Shown here: positions 11,749-30,914 of the stretch, one piece after another
Numbering within the stretch: the first letter of the stretch is position 1
Layout: the number at the start of each line of letters is the position of its first letter
Source of the DNA: Nymphaea colorata
Lineage: Eukaryota
Assembly (NCBI RefSeq): GCF_008831285.2
Contig: NC_045138.2
Coordinates: forward strand, 23,250,001-23,314,000
Length of the DNA: 64,000 nt
Direction of reading: 5' to 3'
Notes under the pieces: model-generated
Database searches by the model: none
Told to the model about the DNA's origin: nothing
What the model saw: only the letters and a program-made list of their open reading frames with translations
Translations under genes and position numbers: made by a program

Positions 11749-14700
11749 TAAGTTTCTGTCACAACAAAATATGTTTTTTTGATATTGTTGCTTAGAAATA
11801 TTTGATTGTTTAAAAGAATTGAAGTTATCTCCTCCAACCAATTATATTGTTTGTATTTTACAATAAAATAAACAAAACCAACTTTTACCGACGGCATTTC
11901 GGAAAATTATTCTAAAGGAAGAGCAACGTCCTCATCAAGCTTGATTGTTGTTTACCAGAAGGATGAGACTCCTATAAATTTCACAGTTATATGCGCCATC
12001 ATTCCATTGTTTGGACAGTCTGTTTGATGTCCGGACTTTGTCTGGAGAAAGCTCATGCATTGGCGGGACCCACTTTGGTCTGGTCGCGGTATGGAGTTGG
12101 CGTCATTTAACAAGACTTGATGTTTATTGTGTCGTTTGGTGGCCACTTGTTTCTGAGTAATTTCACCGTTCAATTTCTCTCGCTGTGATGAGATTTCATC
12201 ATTGGCGGTACCAAGTGAGGAGATTTACACGTACTTCAACTTACACATAAAACTTACAGACACTCTTAACTTCGGCTGTTTGAGTTATGCCCCTAACGGC
12301 GCCTCTTGTCCCTCTTACCGGTCCCTTACCGATCAGGGAGAACCGGTCGTTTTCCAACAATCTCTTTCTCATAGATAACTGGCAAATGAGTGGCTAATTT
12401 ATGTGCTAACATAACATGGACGTTAAGTAATTAAGGTAATCGGTCCTGACATGCTTGTAGAGAACGAAACGCGGCCGAGAGTCGGAACGCCGGCGTTCTT
12501 GGAGGATTGGCCGAAGCTTCCGGCAGCAGTTGCCGTCGGCGATACCACCTTCAAGGTGGAGTTTTACTTGGACGAGGAGTTTGGCACGCCCGGAGCATTC
12601 ATCATCAGGAACCTTCATAAGAGCGAGTTTTATCTCAAGACGATGACGCTCCAGAATGTGCCCGGTAAAGGGAAGGTTCACTTCGCCTGCTACTCCTGGG
12701 TCTATCCTGCCGACAAATACAAGTACGACCGCGTTTTCTTCGCCAACCAGGTATGGGATTATTTGTCTTCAACATATATATCTTGGACCTGGATTTGTTT
12801 TTCAAGCCTGAGTTTAAATCTGAATTCCGACTGGAATTCAAACAGTTCTAGACGTCCTAGCATGAGAGCTTTAACTCAGTAGTGAGGAAGCCAAAAGAAA
12901 ACATTTGAATGGGGGATACGAATACCTTAGATTTCAATTTTTAAGGGGCAGTCCACATGTCAAGAAGCAAAAGATACGAGGTTTTAATATATGAATAAAC
13001 AATTTATAGGCTGGTGTGGGCAGTTGCTCACACACCAACTTCCATTTGCTTGTGGCAGTGTTTCCTGTTGGCAATTTTCAGGTGAGCATGAGAGTATGTC
13101 ATCCGACCCAAAAAAAATAATCAGTTTCGATCTGACCTCTTATCTATGGAAGTACATAGTCTGCTTTTGATATTTAAAGTGTTAAAATATCACCTTCCAT
13201 TCCAAATATTCCACGGATGGAAAAACTCATACTTCTTGTCCGGTCCTTGACAACCGTGCACGTCCACTTTTTAAGTTTGGAAGGTGCCATCCCCCTTTGC
13301 TACCGCCTTGAGCATCTTTTTCATTGGTCTACACAATGATAAAGGGAGAGCTAATCACATCGGTCCTGTTTGCTTCGATGCCAAGCTAATGGGGATAAAG
13401 ACCCATAATTTTGATTATTTTGGACCAAAAGTTTTTAATAATTTGTTGGGACAAAAGACTTAAAAGAGATACGATCTGTCCTCATTCTTTTCAAAGTCTA
13501 GGGCTCCTTCAATGCTACTATTAACTTATTATAAGTCAGCTAGTACCGCGCTTCCACGCCGCTGGAGTAAGAGATAATGTCAATAGAGTATATTCTTTGT
13601 TGCCCAAAATCGTTGTGGTTTCTTTTGAACAAGACAAGTGTGACCACTCCGTTGGAGGCACGGAATGCTTCTCAACATGTTTGGTCATGGCCGATGGAGC
13701 TCAGTAAATGAAAGAAAGTGAAACCATCGAAAGAGGAGACAACCTTGGCCAGATTCCAAGAGCATGTGCCCGGATTTTCGTTGTCTCTCTCCTTTTTGCC
13801 TTTTGCTTTTATCTGTTTAGTCATGGGAATTCTATGTCATCAATAAGTGTATCCACCACCTTTCGAGGCAAAAATGGTAGTACTTCTTGCTTTTTGTAAG
13901 GCTGCTTCCATGAGTCGGTTCATGGCCGACTACACAAAAGAAAAATAAAGAAACATTTTTTCTGAGAAGGCTTCGCCTATCAAATTTTACTGGTCTAACC
14001 GGCACAGCATAGTTAGATCAAGGCTTAGATCGATAGATGCATCCATTTGGCATAAGGATTCTTATTGTACCATATATATTACCTGGCATCCATGTTCAAA
14101 TTGGGATCATAACCATGATACTGGCCTTGCATGTGGCCTATTTTTTTTTATGATATCAACATCAGGAGCCATCCAAAAATCCAGTTCAGTTCTGAAAAGG
14201 GATCGACAAGAAACATGTTATGAGTCCGATCTGTGCATTGCATGAGCAATTGCTCATAATCGACCCACTAAAAATTTCTCATTTTCATATTTAATATTTT
14301 GAAAAAAAATCTCATTTACGTATTGGTACCAATTAAAAATTTTAAATTTTTATAACTAGTGCCCATTAACCAGAAATTTTATGGCTCTGCCTTTCAGTGC
14401 AGTCAATTCAGACTCGATCAGGTTCAAGTGGATCAGATCCAAAATGAATCGCAGAACTATAGACCCATTCCAAACCTAATTATGTTCGTAGGTGTGACTG
14501 TTATGTTTGAGGCTTCAAGTTCATGATTGCAGAGCTATCTTCCAAGCGGGACACCAGTGGCATTGAAGACGTTGAGGGAGACGGAACTGATGCACCTGAG
14601 AGGAGATGGACTGGGCAAGCTTCAGGAATGGGACCGGGTCTACGACTACGCGTTCTATAATGACCTCGGCGATCCGGACAAGGGGGAGGACAAAGCCCGA

Positions 14701-15425
14701 CCTGTTCTTGGTGGGTCCGTGGAGTATCCCTACCCGCGGAGAGGAAGAACGGGCCGCCCGCCCACTCAGTCTGGTACGTACCTAACCTTTCCTTGATCCT
14801 TTTGGATGTCCAGAACGGCCACGTTCATCTTCCCGCAAAAGCTGCAGTAGAAATCATGTCCAGCACGACCAAGTTCGTGCATTTCATTATTAATCTCAAA
14901 AGGCTGATTATTGGGAAAGATGAGGCAAGGCGGCAAGGACGCATAACCATGTCACCCTCAATACACCGTGTCTGATTACATTGGACCGAACACATGCTAC
15001 TTTTTAATTAATATCCAAAAGTCGACTCGTTTGGCTCAGGGGTGTTGCATTGGACCAACTGACCGATGATGAAAATTTTATTATCAGTTGGATTCTCGTA
15101 GGCACTGTTTTATAATAGATGTATAACACTTTATTTGACAGATATATTGCTTTCCACTTAGATCTTCAAATAGTTTGAAACTCACAAATAAGAGGAAAAG
15201 GAAAGGAGTTTAATTAAAGGTTGGCTTATTTGATGGTAGATCCGATTTTGTTGGCTGCTGAGTGTCCAAGTTCTTTTCCTGGATATGGATTTCCACGTAC
15301 TGTCGAATTGCGCTTGGGATTTGCTGGGGCAGGGTTGTGGGCTTTGAGATTAGATTGGATATGGATATCTTCTTATTTCGCAATATTTTAATTGACTAAA
15401 AGTACCCCACCCCTCCTTTGTGTAT

Positions 15426-15462
<37 letters not shown>

Positions 15463-18400
15463 GTTGGATCATTCTATACAACAATTTGTGCCAGTAAAAG
15501 AAGCACCATGATGAGTTTATCGTCCATGCAGCATGAAAGGAGATTATACACCAACCTGTGTGAGAAATGGTTTGCTAGAAGAATTAAGCTGTTAACATCT
15601 TTTAATGTCTATAACAGATCCAAAAACAGAGAGCAGATTGTCCGTGTTGGCCAGCTTCAACATTTACGTTCCACGAGACGAGCGATTTGGGCAACGGAAA
15701 ATGTCCGATGTTCTTGCATCTGCTTCGAAATCCATAGTGCAGGTCCTGGTCGCTGAATCGAAAGCCGTTTTTGACAAGACTCCGGACGAGTTCGACACGT
15801 TCCAAGATGTGTTCAATCTCTATGAAGGAGGCATCAAGCTGGCAGACTCCCCTGCTCTTGACAAAGTTAAGGACATGATTCCATTGGAGATGATCAAGGA
15901 GCTGGTTCGCAGTGACGGGGAACAGCTCCTCAAGTTCCCCGTGCCTCAAGTGATTCAACGTAGGAAAATTAAACTCAACACTTTAAGTTTAAGTTATGTA
16001 TTTTCCTCCCTTTGAATTTCATGCTTTCTCATAATCTCACTACATTGTTGGACATATAGATGACAAGAGTGCATGGAGGACCGATGAAGAGTTTGCGAGA
16101 GAGATGCTTGCCGGAATTAATCCTGTTGTTATTAGTCGTCTTGAGGTAAACAATTTGTATTCAGTTAGCTGATCCTAGAGTCTTTAAATGGTTGTCTGGC
16201 GGCAACTACACTTTGTAAGTGTTCCATGAATCTGACTTACAGATTCATAGAACACTTATTATAGTATTTCATGAATTTATCACAATCTTTGAGACATATT
16301 TATAAAACACTTACAAAGTGTTTGTGTTAGCAAGATTATGGGGTCTATCTCCTTTCTCTGTTAAGGAAGATTACAGCTGCCTGATCAAGATTCCCTCCCA
16401 GTTTCCCCATCTCATAGTTTTCTTATCCATCAAAATTGTGTTGCCCTGTTTATCACAAGAATCCTGCTTGATTCTCTTGACTTATTGGTCTGGTCTGTAC
16501 TCTATAAAGAGAGAATTCATCTTCTCTCAAATTGTATCAGACAGTTAATCAAATGAGAACTCCCTTCACCGTGGACATAGGCATCAATAAGCCGAACCAC
16601 GTATATGCTTGAGTTTCTGCTGTGTTCTTGCTCTTTGCTCTTTTTATTTCATGTTTTAACAGTTTGTACTGTCAAACGACCTTTCTAAGTGTCCAGTCAT
16701 GAAAATTTCTGTATAGCTTCACACTGTTTATATGGCATTTCTAGTCCAGTGCACATGAGATCTCCTTCAGTATCTCTTACATAATACACTCAACGGCAAC
16801 AAAACAGGGTTTCGCATACGGAAGTTCTGTCACAGAAATACACGAATTGTGGCCTATAAAAGACTCTCATTCTGTTTCCTTTTGACCGGCATTTATTGGT
16901 TCTTTTGTGGATTTAGAAACAAATTTAATTTTCATTTGGGTTTTGTTCATCAGGAATTCCCTCCAAAAAGCAAGCTTGATCCAGCAATTTATGGCCCACA
17001 AACAAGCACGATTACAGCCGAATGCATAGAGAAGTTCCTACAAGGCTTGACTGTTGAAGAGGTAGTACAGAAACTCTAGATTCCCACTTCATTAAGCTTA
17101 ACTGTTCAAGAACTACTTCGTCACCATTTTTCACCATGGAGAAACAAGACCTTATGCTAATGGAATTTTTAGTTAGCCTCTTGATCAGTTTTTGCAGCTT
17201 GTGGAGAAGAAGATCTATACTTTATTACCATGCACAAGGCTTACTAAACATACCTAATCACTTAATTCTTCATGAAAAAGTTCGTGGACTATGCTAGTAA
17301 TGTTTTGCATACATTTTTGTTTCATTAGGCCTTGAACAAGCACAGACTCTTCATCCTGGATCACTATGAAGCAATTATGCCTTATGTTAACAGAATCAAC
17401 ACCACAGGCAACAAGGTCTATGCTTCAAGGACGCTGCTCTTCCTTAAGGATGATGGCACGTTGACACCCTTGGCTATTGAACTCTGCTTGCCAAACCATG
17501 AAGGTCAAGACCATGGTGCAGTCAGGAAGGTCTATACTCCAGCAGATGACGGGGTTCAAGCCTCTCTATGGCAACTTGCAAAAGCGTATGCTGCTGTTGG
17601 TGATTCAGGCAACCATCAATTGATAAGTCACTGGTAATTGCCTCACTTTGTCCTTGAATTAATGTTTTTGCATGGCCACATGCACACGCATATTCGCCTT
17701 CAAGCAAATGTCACATGCATGGGCATATGCTTACTTGCAGAGTTATGCATGGGTTAATGGAACTTACCAGCTAATGAAACAGCTAAAACAAAATGCAGGC
17801 TGAACACACATGCAACGATGGAGCCATTTGTGATTGCAACCAATAGGCAATTGAGCGTGATGCATCCGATCTACAAGCTCCTGCAGCCTCATCTCCGGGA
17901 CACCATGTACATCAATGCGCTTGGGAGGCAGCTCCTCCTCAATGCCGGTGGCGTTCTCGAAAAGACCATCATCCCCGCCAGATATGCCATGGAGATGTCT
18001 GCTACGGTTTACAAGAGCTGGAACTTCACAGAGCAGGGACTCCCTGCTGATCTTCTCAAAAGGTATGAATAAGAGAGAGAATGGGATTAGATGCAGTTCC
18101 ATTTGTTCTGTAACCACGAGAAGTTGTTTGACAATAACAATAATTTGTAATTGTTTTATGAATATATCTTAAAGATTGAAGTAAATTCAGCGAAACATAG
18201 ACAGTTACAAACAACTTTCCTTGCCAAATGAGCACTAAAAGAAGTGAGTATAATACTTTCTCATATTCTCTTGTTTGTGCAGAGGAATCGCCGTGCAAGA
18301 TTCAAGTAGGCCTCATGGTCTCCGCCTATTGATCGAGGACTACCCATATGCAGTGGATGGCCTGGAAATATGGTTTGCAATCCGGGACTGGGTCCATGAC

Positions 18401-19054
18401 TACTGTTCCATCTACTACAAATCAGACCATGCCATCCAGTCCGATACAGAGCTCCAGGCATGGTGGCATGAGGTCCGATACGTTGGACATGGTGACAAAA
18501 AGCACGAACCCTGGTGGCCCAAGATGCAAAACCAACATGAGCTCGTCGAGTCATTGACTACCATCATCTGGGTCGCGTCGGCGCTCCATGCGGCGGTCAA
18601 CTTCGGCCAGTACGCATATGCCGGGTTCCCCCTGAACCGACCAACATTGAGCCGGCGGTTCATGCCCGAGCCCGGGACGAAGGAGTATGCGGAGTTGGAA
18701 AAGGACCCCGACTCGATCTTCTTGAAGACCATCACTGCCCAGATGCAAAGTCTGCTAGGAATGTCAGGGATTGAGATCTTGTCCAGGCATCCGTCGGACG
18801 AGGTCTACCTTGGCCAGAACATTGACAAGGAGTGGAGCGGTGAGGAGGAGGCGCTGGCCGCCTTCTGCCGGTTTGGGGACCGACTCGTGCATATTGAGAA
18901 CCGGATAATGCAGATGAATGGTGAATCGGATAAGTGGAAGAACCGGAACGGACCGGTACGGGTTCCCTACACCCTCTTATACCCAAACACATCTGATTTA
19001 TCTAGGGTTGGAGGATTGACTGGAAAAGGGATCCCCAACAGTATCTCCATTTAG
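8354..19054 (+). CDS. LOX5: Lipoxygenase, LOX5-like, copy B (complete, 9 exons, 908 aa)
   Basis: Exons 8354-8672, 12461-12750, 14533-14773, 15618-15959, 16060-16145, 16954-17061, 17329-17633, 17799-18062, 18283-19054. Sum is 2727 nt, in frame, all GT-AG. PLAT domain ([11 protein letters not shown]), [49 protein letters not shown]. The start codon could alternatively be 8519. Confidence 0.95.
10570..10744. mobile_element. hAT-type MITE in intron 1 of copy B
   Basis: TIRs CAGGGGCGGAG...CTCCGCCCCTG; perfect 8-bp TSD CAAAGGTG (10562-10569 and 10745-10752). Confidence 0.9.
10988..11211. mobile_element. MITE-like element shared by introns 1 of B and C (C: ~47045-47266)
   Basis: Imperfect inverted ends (tatagttggc / ggcgactatg) and internal GACTC repeats; homologous copy in C. 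Confidence 0.45.
11681..11744. repeat. (TA)n(GA)n compound microsatellite
   Basis: Direct reading. Confidence 0.9.
16325..16661 (+). mobile_element. Solo LTR (Copia-like) in intron 5 of copy B
   Basis: TGTTAG...TTAACA termini; perfect 5-bp TSD GTTTG (16320-16324, 16662-16666); internal 'gccgaaccacgta' motif; a single empty GTTTG site in copy C (53480-53484). Confidence 0.9.
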
Positions 19055-19314
19055 AGAATGCATCCAATTCTCCGCTTGTTGGAGTGTAAGTTGGTTGAAG
19101 GTTAAAAACGTGGTTCATGGCTTCTTGAAGTTATGAATGTATTATTTTGTAATAAAGGGAGGGCACGGACCAGCAAATAATAGTGCAGAAAGTTTTGTAT
19201 TCATTCGTGTTATAATTTTAAGTGTCCTCCCAACTCAAGTGGTCCTTGTATTTTGGGTTTTCTTTGTCTTCAATAAAATGATCATTACTACACCACAACC
19301 ATGTCCGGCTGTTT

Positions 19315-19359
<45 letters not shown>

Positions 19360-19410
19360 AAATACATGCAACACATTTGGCTTAATTAAAGTGCTTTCTT
19401 GTACCACGAG

Positions 19411-19846
19411 TAGGGACGTCAATATAATTGATTTGAGTCCCATATCTGATGGGACAGATCTGAAAAAATTAAAATTTAATATCCAATTAAGGAATCAAAT
19501 CAGACTCGGATTTAAGAAATGACATCCAATCGGATTCAAATTTTAATATACATAAATATCCAATCACATTTGGATACAAATATGGATCAGTTTATTTTTA
19601 TACAAATATCCTCAAGTAATGCTCGTACATTTTGAAAATTGGCAAAATTCTGTTGAAAATTTGGATAGTGGACATGAATATAAAAATCGGAGTCCCATTT
19701 TAAAATCAGATTTCAGATCTGGATTCGGATATGGCTTTTCTTTATGCATAATCGAATCTGAATTTGAATCCAAATATGTGAATGGTCGTTGAAGATGATA
19801 TGAATAAGAGTATATCCGATCCGAATTCGATCCATTGACGTCCTTA
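19411..19846. mobile_element. hAT-type MITE downstream of copy B
   Basis: TIRs TAGGGACGTCAAT / ATTGACGTCCTTA; ATCCGA/TCGGAT subterminal motifs; related element starts at the homologous site after A (3424) and C (56387). Confidence 0.75.
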
Positions 19847-20232
19847 ACACAAGGCCATATAAACTTTTTGAAGAACAATGAGACTGGTGAGCAGTGGAGC
19901 AGGTTGTAGGCCATGGCCCCTTACCAAGGAACCATGGATTGTGTGCTGAAAATGATAAAAATGCCCTTGTTAGTTAAAAGGAAGACCCCTCCCTCCATAA
20001 GGACAAGAGTGAAACTTGAAAAATTTTCACCTCATAAAATTATCAGTGCTTTATGGTAAAATGTGCGAACATCCCTTCCCATGTTTTCCACATAACGTGG
20101 ATTTTTTCTCACTTACTCCAACAGCCTTAACTGACAAAGAATGTGACACACACACATAGGACCTTTGATTGGAAAATCAATCCAATTGATTTTGTGTCCT
20201 TCGTTCTATGAAAAAAATTGATCAGATTCTTC

Positions 20233-20644
20233 AAGGGCTGCACAACGAGTCGTGCCAGTTTGAGCTCGACTTGAACTCGCTTGTCTCAACTCGACAATTA
20301 TAAACGAGTCAATCTCGAGTTCAAGTGTACTCTCGCAATGTTAAACCAATTGAGTTCGAGTTCTAGGAACTCGATTAGGCTCGACAACATAATAAATGTT
20401 GAATTATAATGAGAAAATAATTAAAAAAGTAGCAATTAAATGAGTTAACGAGTTAAAAAATGAGAATGCTTAACACAGAGTTAAACAGGGTTACCCAAGT
20501 CGAGTACAAGCTCAACATTGTAATGTTGAGCCAAGCTCAATTTTGTTCTATCGAGTTCCACTCAAGCTCAAGCTCAAGTTTTCTGAGTCAAGTCAAGCTC
20601 GAGCTAGTCCAACTCAAGCTCGATTTGGCTTATGTGCAGCCCTA
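20233..20644. mobile_element. hAT-type MITE (CTCGAG/AGCTCG-rich family)
   Basis: TIRs AGGGCTGCACA / TGTGCAGCCCTA; same family as 52217-52596; no clean TSD. Confidence 0.75.
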
Positions 20645-20940
20645 GAAACCAGATTCTACATAGATCACAAATTCAAACTTAAACAGGTCCATTCTAATTC
20701 CTGAAAAAGGAAGACTAGTGGACTGATGGAGAAAGATCTCTTCTTCTTATTATAAGATTATAAAATAGTGGTTTGATATACACATGTTTGTTTGGCAAAG
20801 AAAATTTAGTTTTCTGTCTTAATCACACAAAAAACGTGAAGCCTTCAATTGAAATATGAAGGAAGCCCGGTGTAACTAGTTTCTTTCTTTTGAAATTTGT
20901 GAGGCAGGTAGTCGGACCATGACTCGGCCTGAAAATATAT

Positions 20941-21041
<101 letters not shown>

Positions 21042-24000
21042 CATATGAAATTTATATATGGTAAACATTTTTTTATTATACTCCGGGATGGGCCAGGCTG
21101 GGCATAGATATGATCCTGGGGGGGGTGGGGCCGAACATGGGTCTGAGCTTTGGGTCGGAAACTGGCCATAGGCACTGGCCAGTCGGTGACTTTGAATCGG
21201 GCCCGGCTTGGCCTGATGCGCAGCCCAACTCTTCATACTACTTTGAATCGGGCCCTCTCTCTCTCTGTCTCTCTCTCCTCCTCCCACCCTTTTCCACATG
21301 ACAATCAATCTTCTCTTCACTGGAGTTTAGCAGGACGTCTAAACTGTTATCAATCACACAGGATTTTCTGAAATTCGCTAACGTTCAATAGAAATTGATC
21401 TAAAAGACGAAATCTAAATGACTTTGAGATAAGAATGAAAATGAAAACCAAATATAAATCAAATAAAATTCATTCAAAATTGAATTGAAATTTACTTGAA
21501 AATCCGTTGTAATGTATTTGATATTGTTCTGAAAATGAAAGGAAATTTCTTGAAATAAAATTTGAAAAAAATTAGGTAAACGAGCCCTGCATTTTATTTG
21601 TCAAAAGCTAGAAAATTTATTGAAATGGACTTGAAAATATCTTTGAAATTGAGTACTAACTCATTTGAAAATTCATCAGATTTGACTTTGGAGATTATCA
21701 GCAAGTCATGGAAATTTGATTCGAAAAGCGTCCAAAATTTTGACTTCAAATCATTCAAGGTGGTTTGAATTAGTTTGAAATAAATTTGAAATAAGCCCGT
21801 CAAATAAAATTTGAAGTTAAACCGTGGTTTTGTGGCCTATCGTTCTTTTTGTAAAGTTGGACCTTGGTTCCAAATAGAAGAGGACTTGGGACTCGATAGG
21901 ATCCTGGTCCAGATCTTAAGCTGATTTAGATCAGGGATCCTGATGGGAAATGATTCAGATCTGAATTTAAAATAAAAGATGGATTATAGATTTTGACTGG
22001 ATAATGGATAGATCAAGGCCAAGAATCCAATGTCCAGAAAGATTGAACTGTAGATTTCATGTTAAGTGGAGTAGTCATTAGACAAGACATACAGTATTCA
22101 AATTTGAAATTACTAAAGTAAAAATGATTGAAAAATGGTTGGAAAATAGTTAGGTAGTGATAGGAAAATTTTTGGAAAATCGTTAGGAAGCAGTTGGAAT
22201 ATGATCAGAAATTATCGGAAAATAACTAAAAATAAATAAAGAACGATTACAAAATGACTTGAAACAAGGGACTTTAATGATTAAAATGTACAAATTGAAA
22301 AATTTGGTCCACAGAGAATCAAGTATTTAGATTTGGTGTAGGTTCTTCCTTCTTGTTTTCATTAAAAATATCATTTAATTTTAATAATCGTTTAATAAAA
22401 TGCCCAATATTTATTATTTTGATTAATATTGTCTAGCATTGTTGGTTGTGAATGTGATTGGATCTTTAGTTTATCTTGAGAAAGTTTGGTAATTGGTCCT
22501 TATGATCATTTTCAAAAGGTTGGTAATATGACTTTGTGGTTATTTTGAGAAAATGGATAACTGGGTTTCGGCTTTTGGGGCAATTTGAGAAATGGCGGTT
22601 TGGATTGTTGACATCATTTTCAAATAGTTGGTTTGGTTGAGTATCCTAAAAAAACTTGGCTTGACTTGTTTGGTACTTGATGGTTAGATCTTCTTGGATC
22701 ATTTCAAAATGCATGAAATAATTAGGACGCACTGCTAACCCTTGATTTTGAATGAATTGAAAAATATTTTGCCTAAAAGCTTGTTTTGAAAATAAAATTA
22801 TGATTTGTGAAGTAGTAAGCATGACGTTAATAAAAAGGGTATTCAATAATGCCTTGTAATGTATTTGCTGATATGCATAGGCTGGATACCAATTTTCTTA
22901 ACAAAATATAATGATTAAACATAATTTGAATTGAGCTAGATGGACAAAAATTGACTTAAGCATTTATAATAATAAAATTGAGATCATATGTATAGGTGTT
23001 GACCTGCAAAAACGGAGCACCGATATATAAGTTGAAGCATAGTGAGGACATCACCTTGAGGTGTCACAAGTACCTTTGGGCGGTTAGGGGGAAGGGTAGA
23101 TGTTTTGGCTATTTTGTTGGGTGCTAGGATCAAATATTCCTCTTGCTTACCCAACAAAGTATATACTTACATGGTCGAGCGGTCCAACAATGTTTGACAA
23201 TAATTTTGCTTTGAGTCATTTCATTTGCTCAAGTTCTTTCAGTATGTTTTGATTTTTGAAGCCATAACCCTTTCAACAATGGGATGGACCTTGATGACAA
23301 AACATCAATCTGTCCATCCCTTAAGGTTTTCTTCCCATACAAGTTTTGGAGATAAGGGGGAGTGATCTGGGCCAGGGAGAAAAATGGAATGGATATGCAG
23401 AGTGGTTGAAACTAAAGAGGAAGTGTTGGCCCTTTCTCTAATAGTTTGAAGAGTGGTGGATCACAGATGAACATTTAAGTGGAACGTCATCATGTGGGAG
23501 AGACAGTTCTATGTGCCATGCATGCGCATGGTGTGCAGTAAAGTAGGGAAGGATATTTCGGTAATATGTTAAAAATAAATCTCCGCTATAGTCTTTTTAC
23601 TTTTTTCATTTTTATTTTTGTCTTCAAAAAAAGTTTTTTTTTTTCATTGTGAACTAAGAGTATTTTAGTCATTAATCATACTGATGCACCAAAAATTAAT
23701 GCACCAGTATGGCTCATATAACCAGGTTCGGCCATCAAGAGGGCATAGCAATGCGAATGTGGGTGAGAGAGGCATCCAACATCGAGAATGAAGATGCAAG
23801 CAACCTTCCTTTACAAACGTAATGGCTTCATTGTTTTAGTATGCAGCAAATAGACTATTTTATGGGTCTAACCTACCAGGTAAGTATTGACTCTTTGTTC
23901 GCCTTTTTAATGGATTTACTTAAGGTAGCGTTTGGCACCACTAGGATCAAATCCTCTGATCAAATACCAATGTGATAGGGTTTGTCGGAGCTTTTGATGC

Positions 24001-24376
24001 TCCAATGCTAAACATAAGTGTCGCTATTATCATCAACAAAAAGCAAAATTGTTGTTCATATGATTAATGGTATGCCAAATTGTCACCTTTACCACCAATA
24101 CAGTAAAAATCGTTGAAGCTAAATCAGCAACCAGGCCACCACCAATACCGTTTGTGATGCGTTTTTCACATCGAAGCTACTGATTTTCGATCCAAAAGCA
24201 GGCTCAATGTTTCAAATATTTGTTGTAGTTGTTAGACAGTGAATTAGGTTCACTTACTTCTAAAAGAGAAATCCTAAAATGCAGATTTTGCAAGGATCGA
24301 GACTATAGGTCCATTGGCAAACTTTAAGATTTGTTTGGAGGTAGTATAGTATTTGTTTCTTTGTTTTAGAGCCGTC

Positions 24377-30914
<6,538 letters not shown>

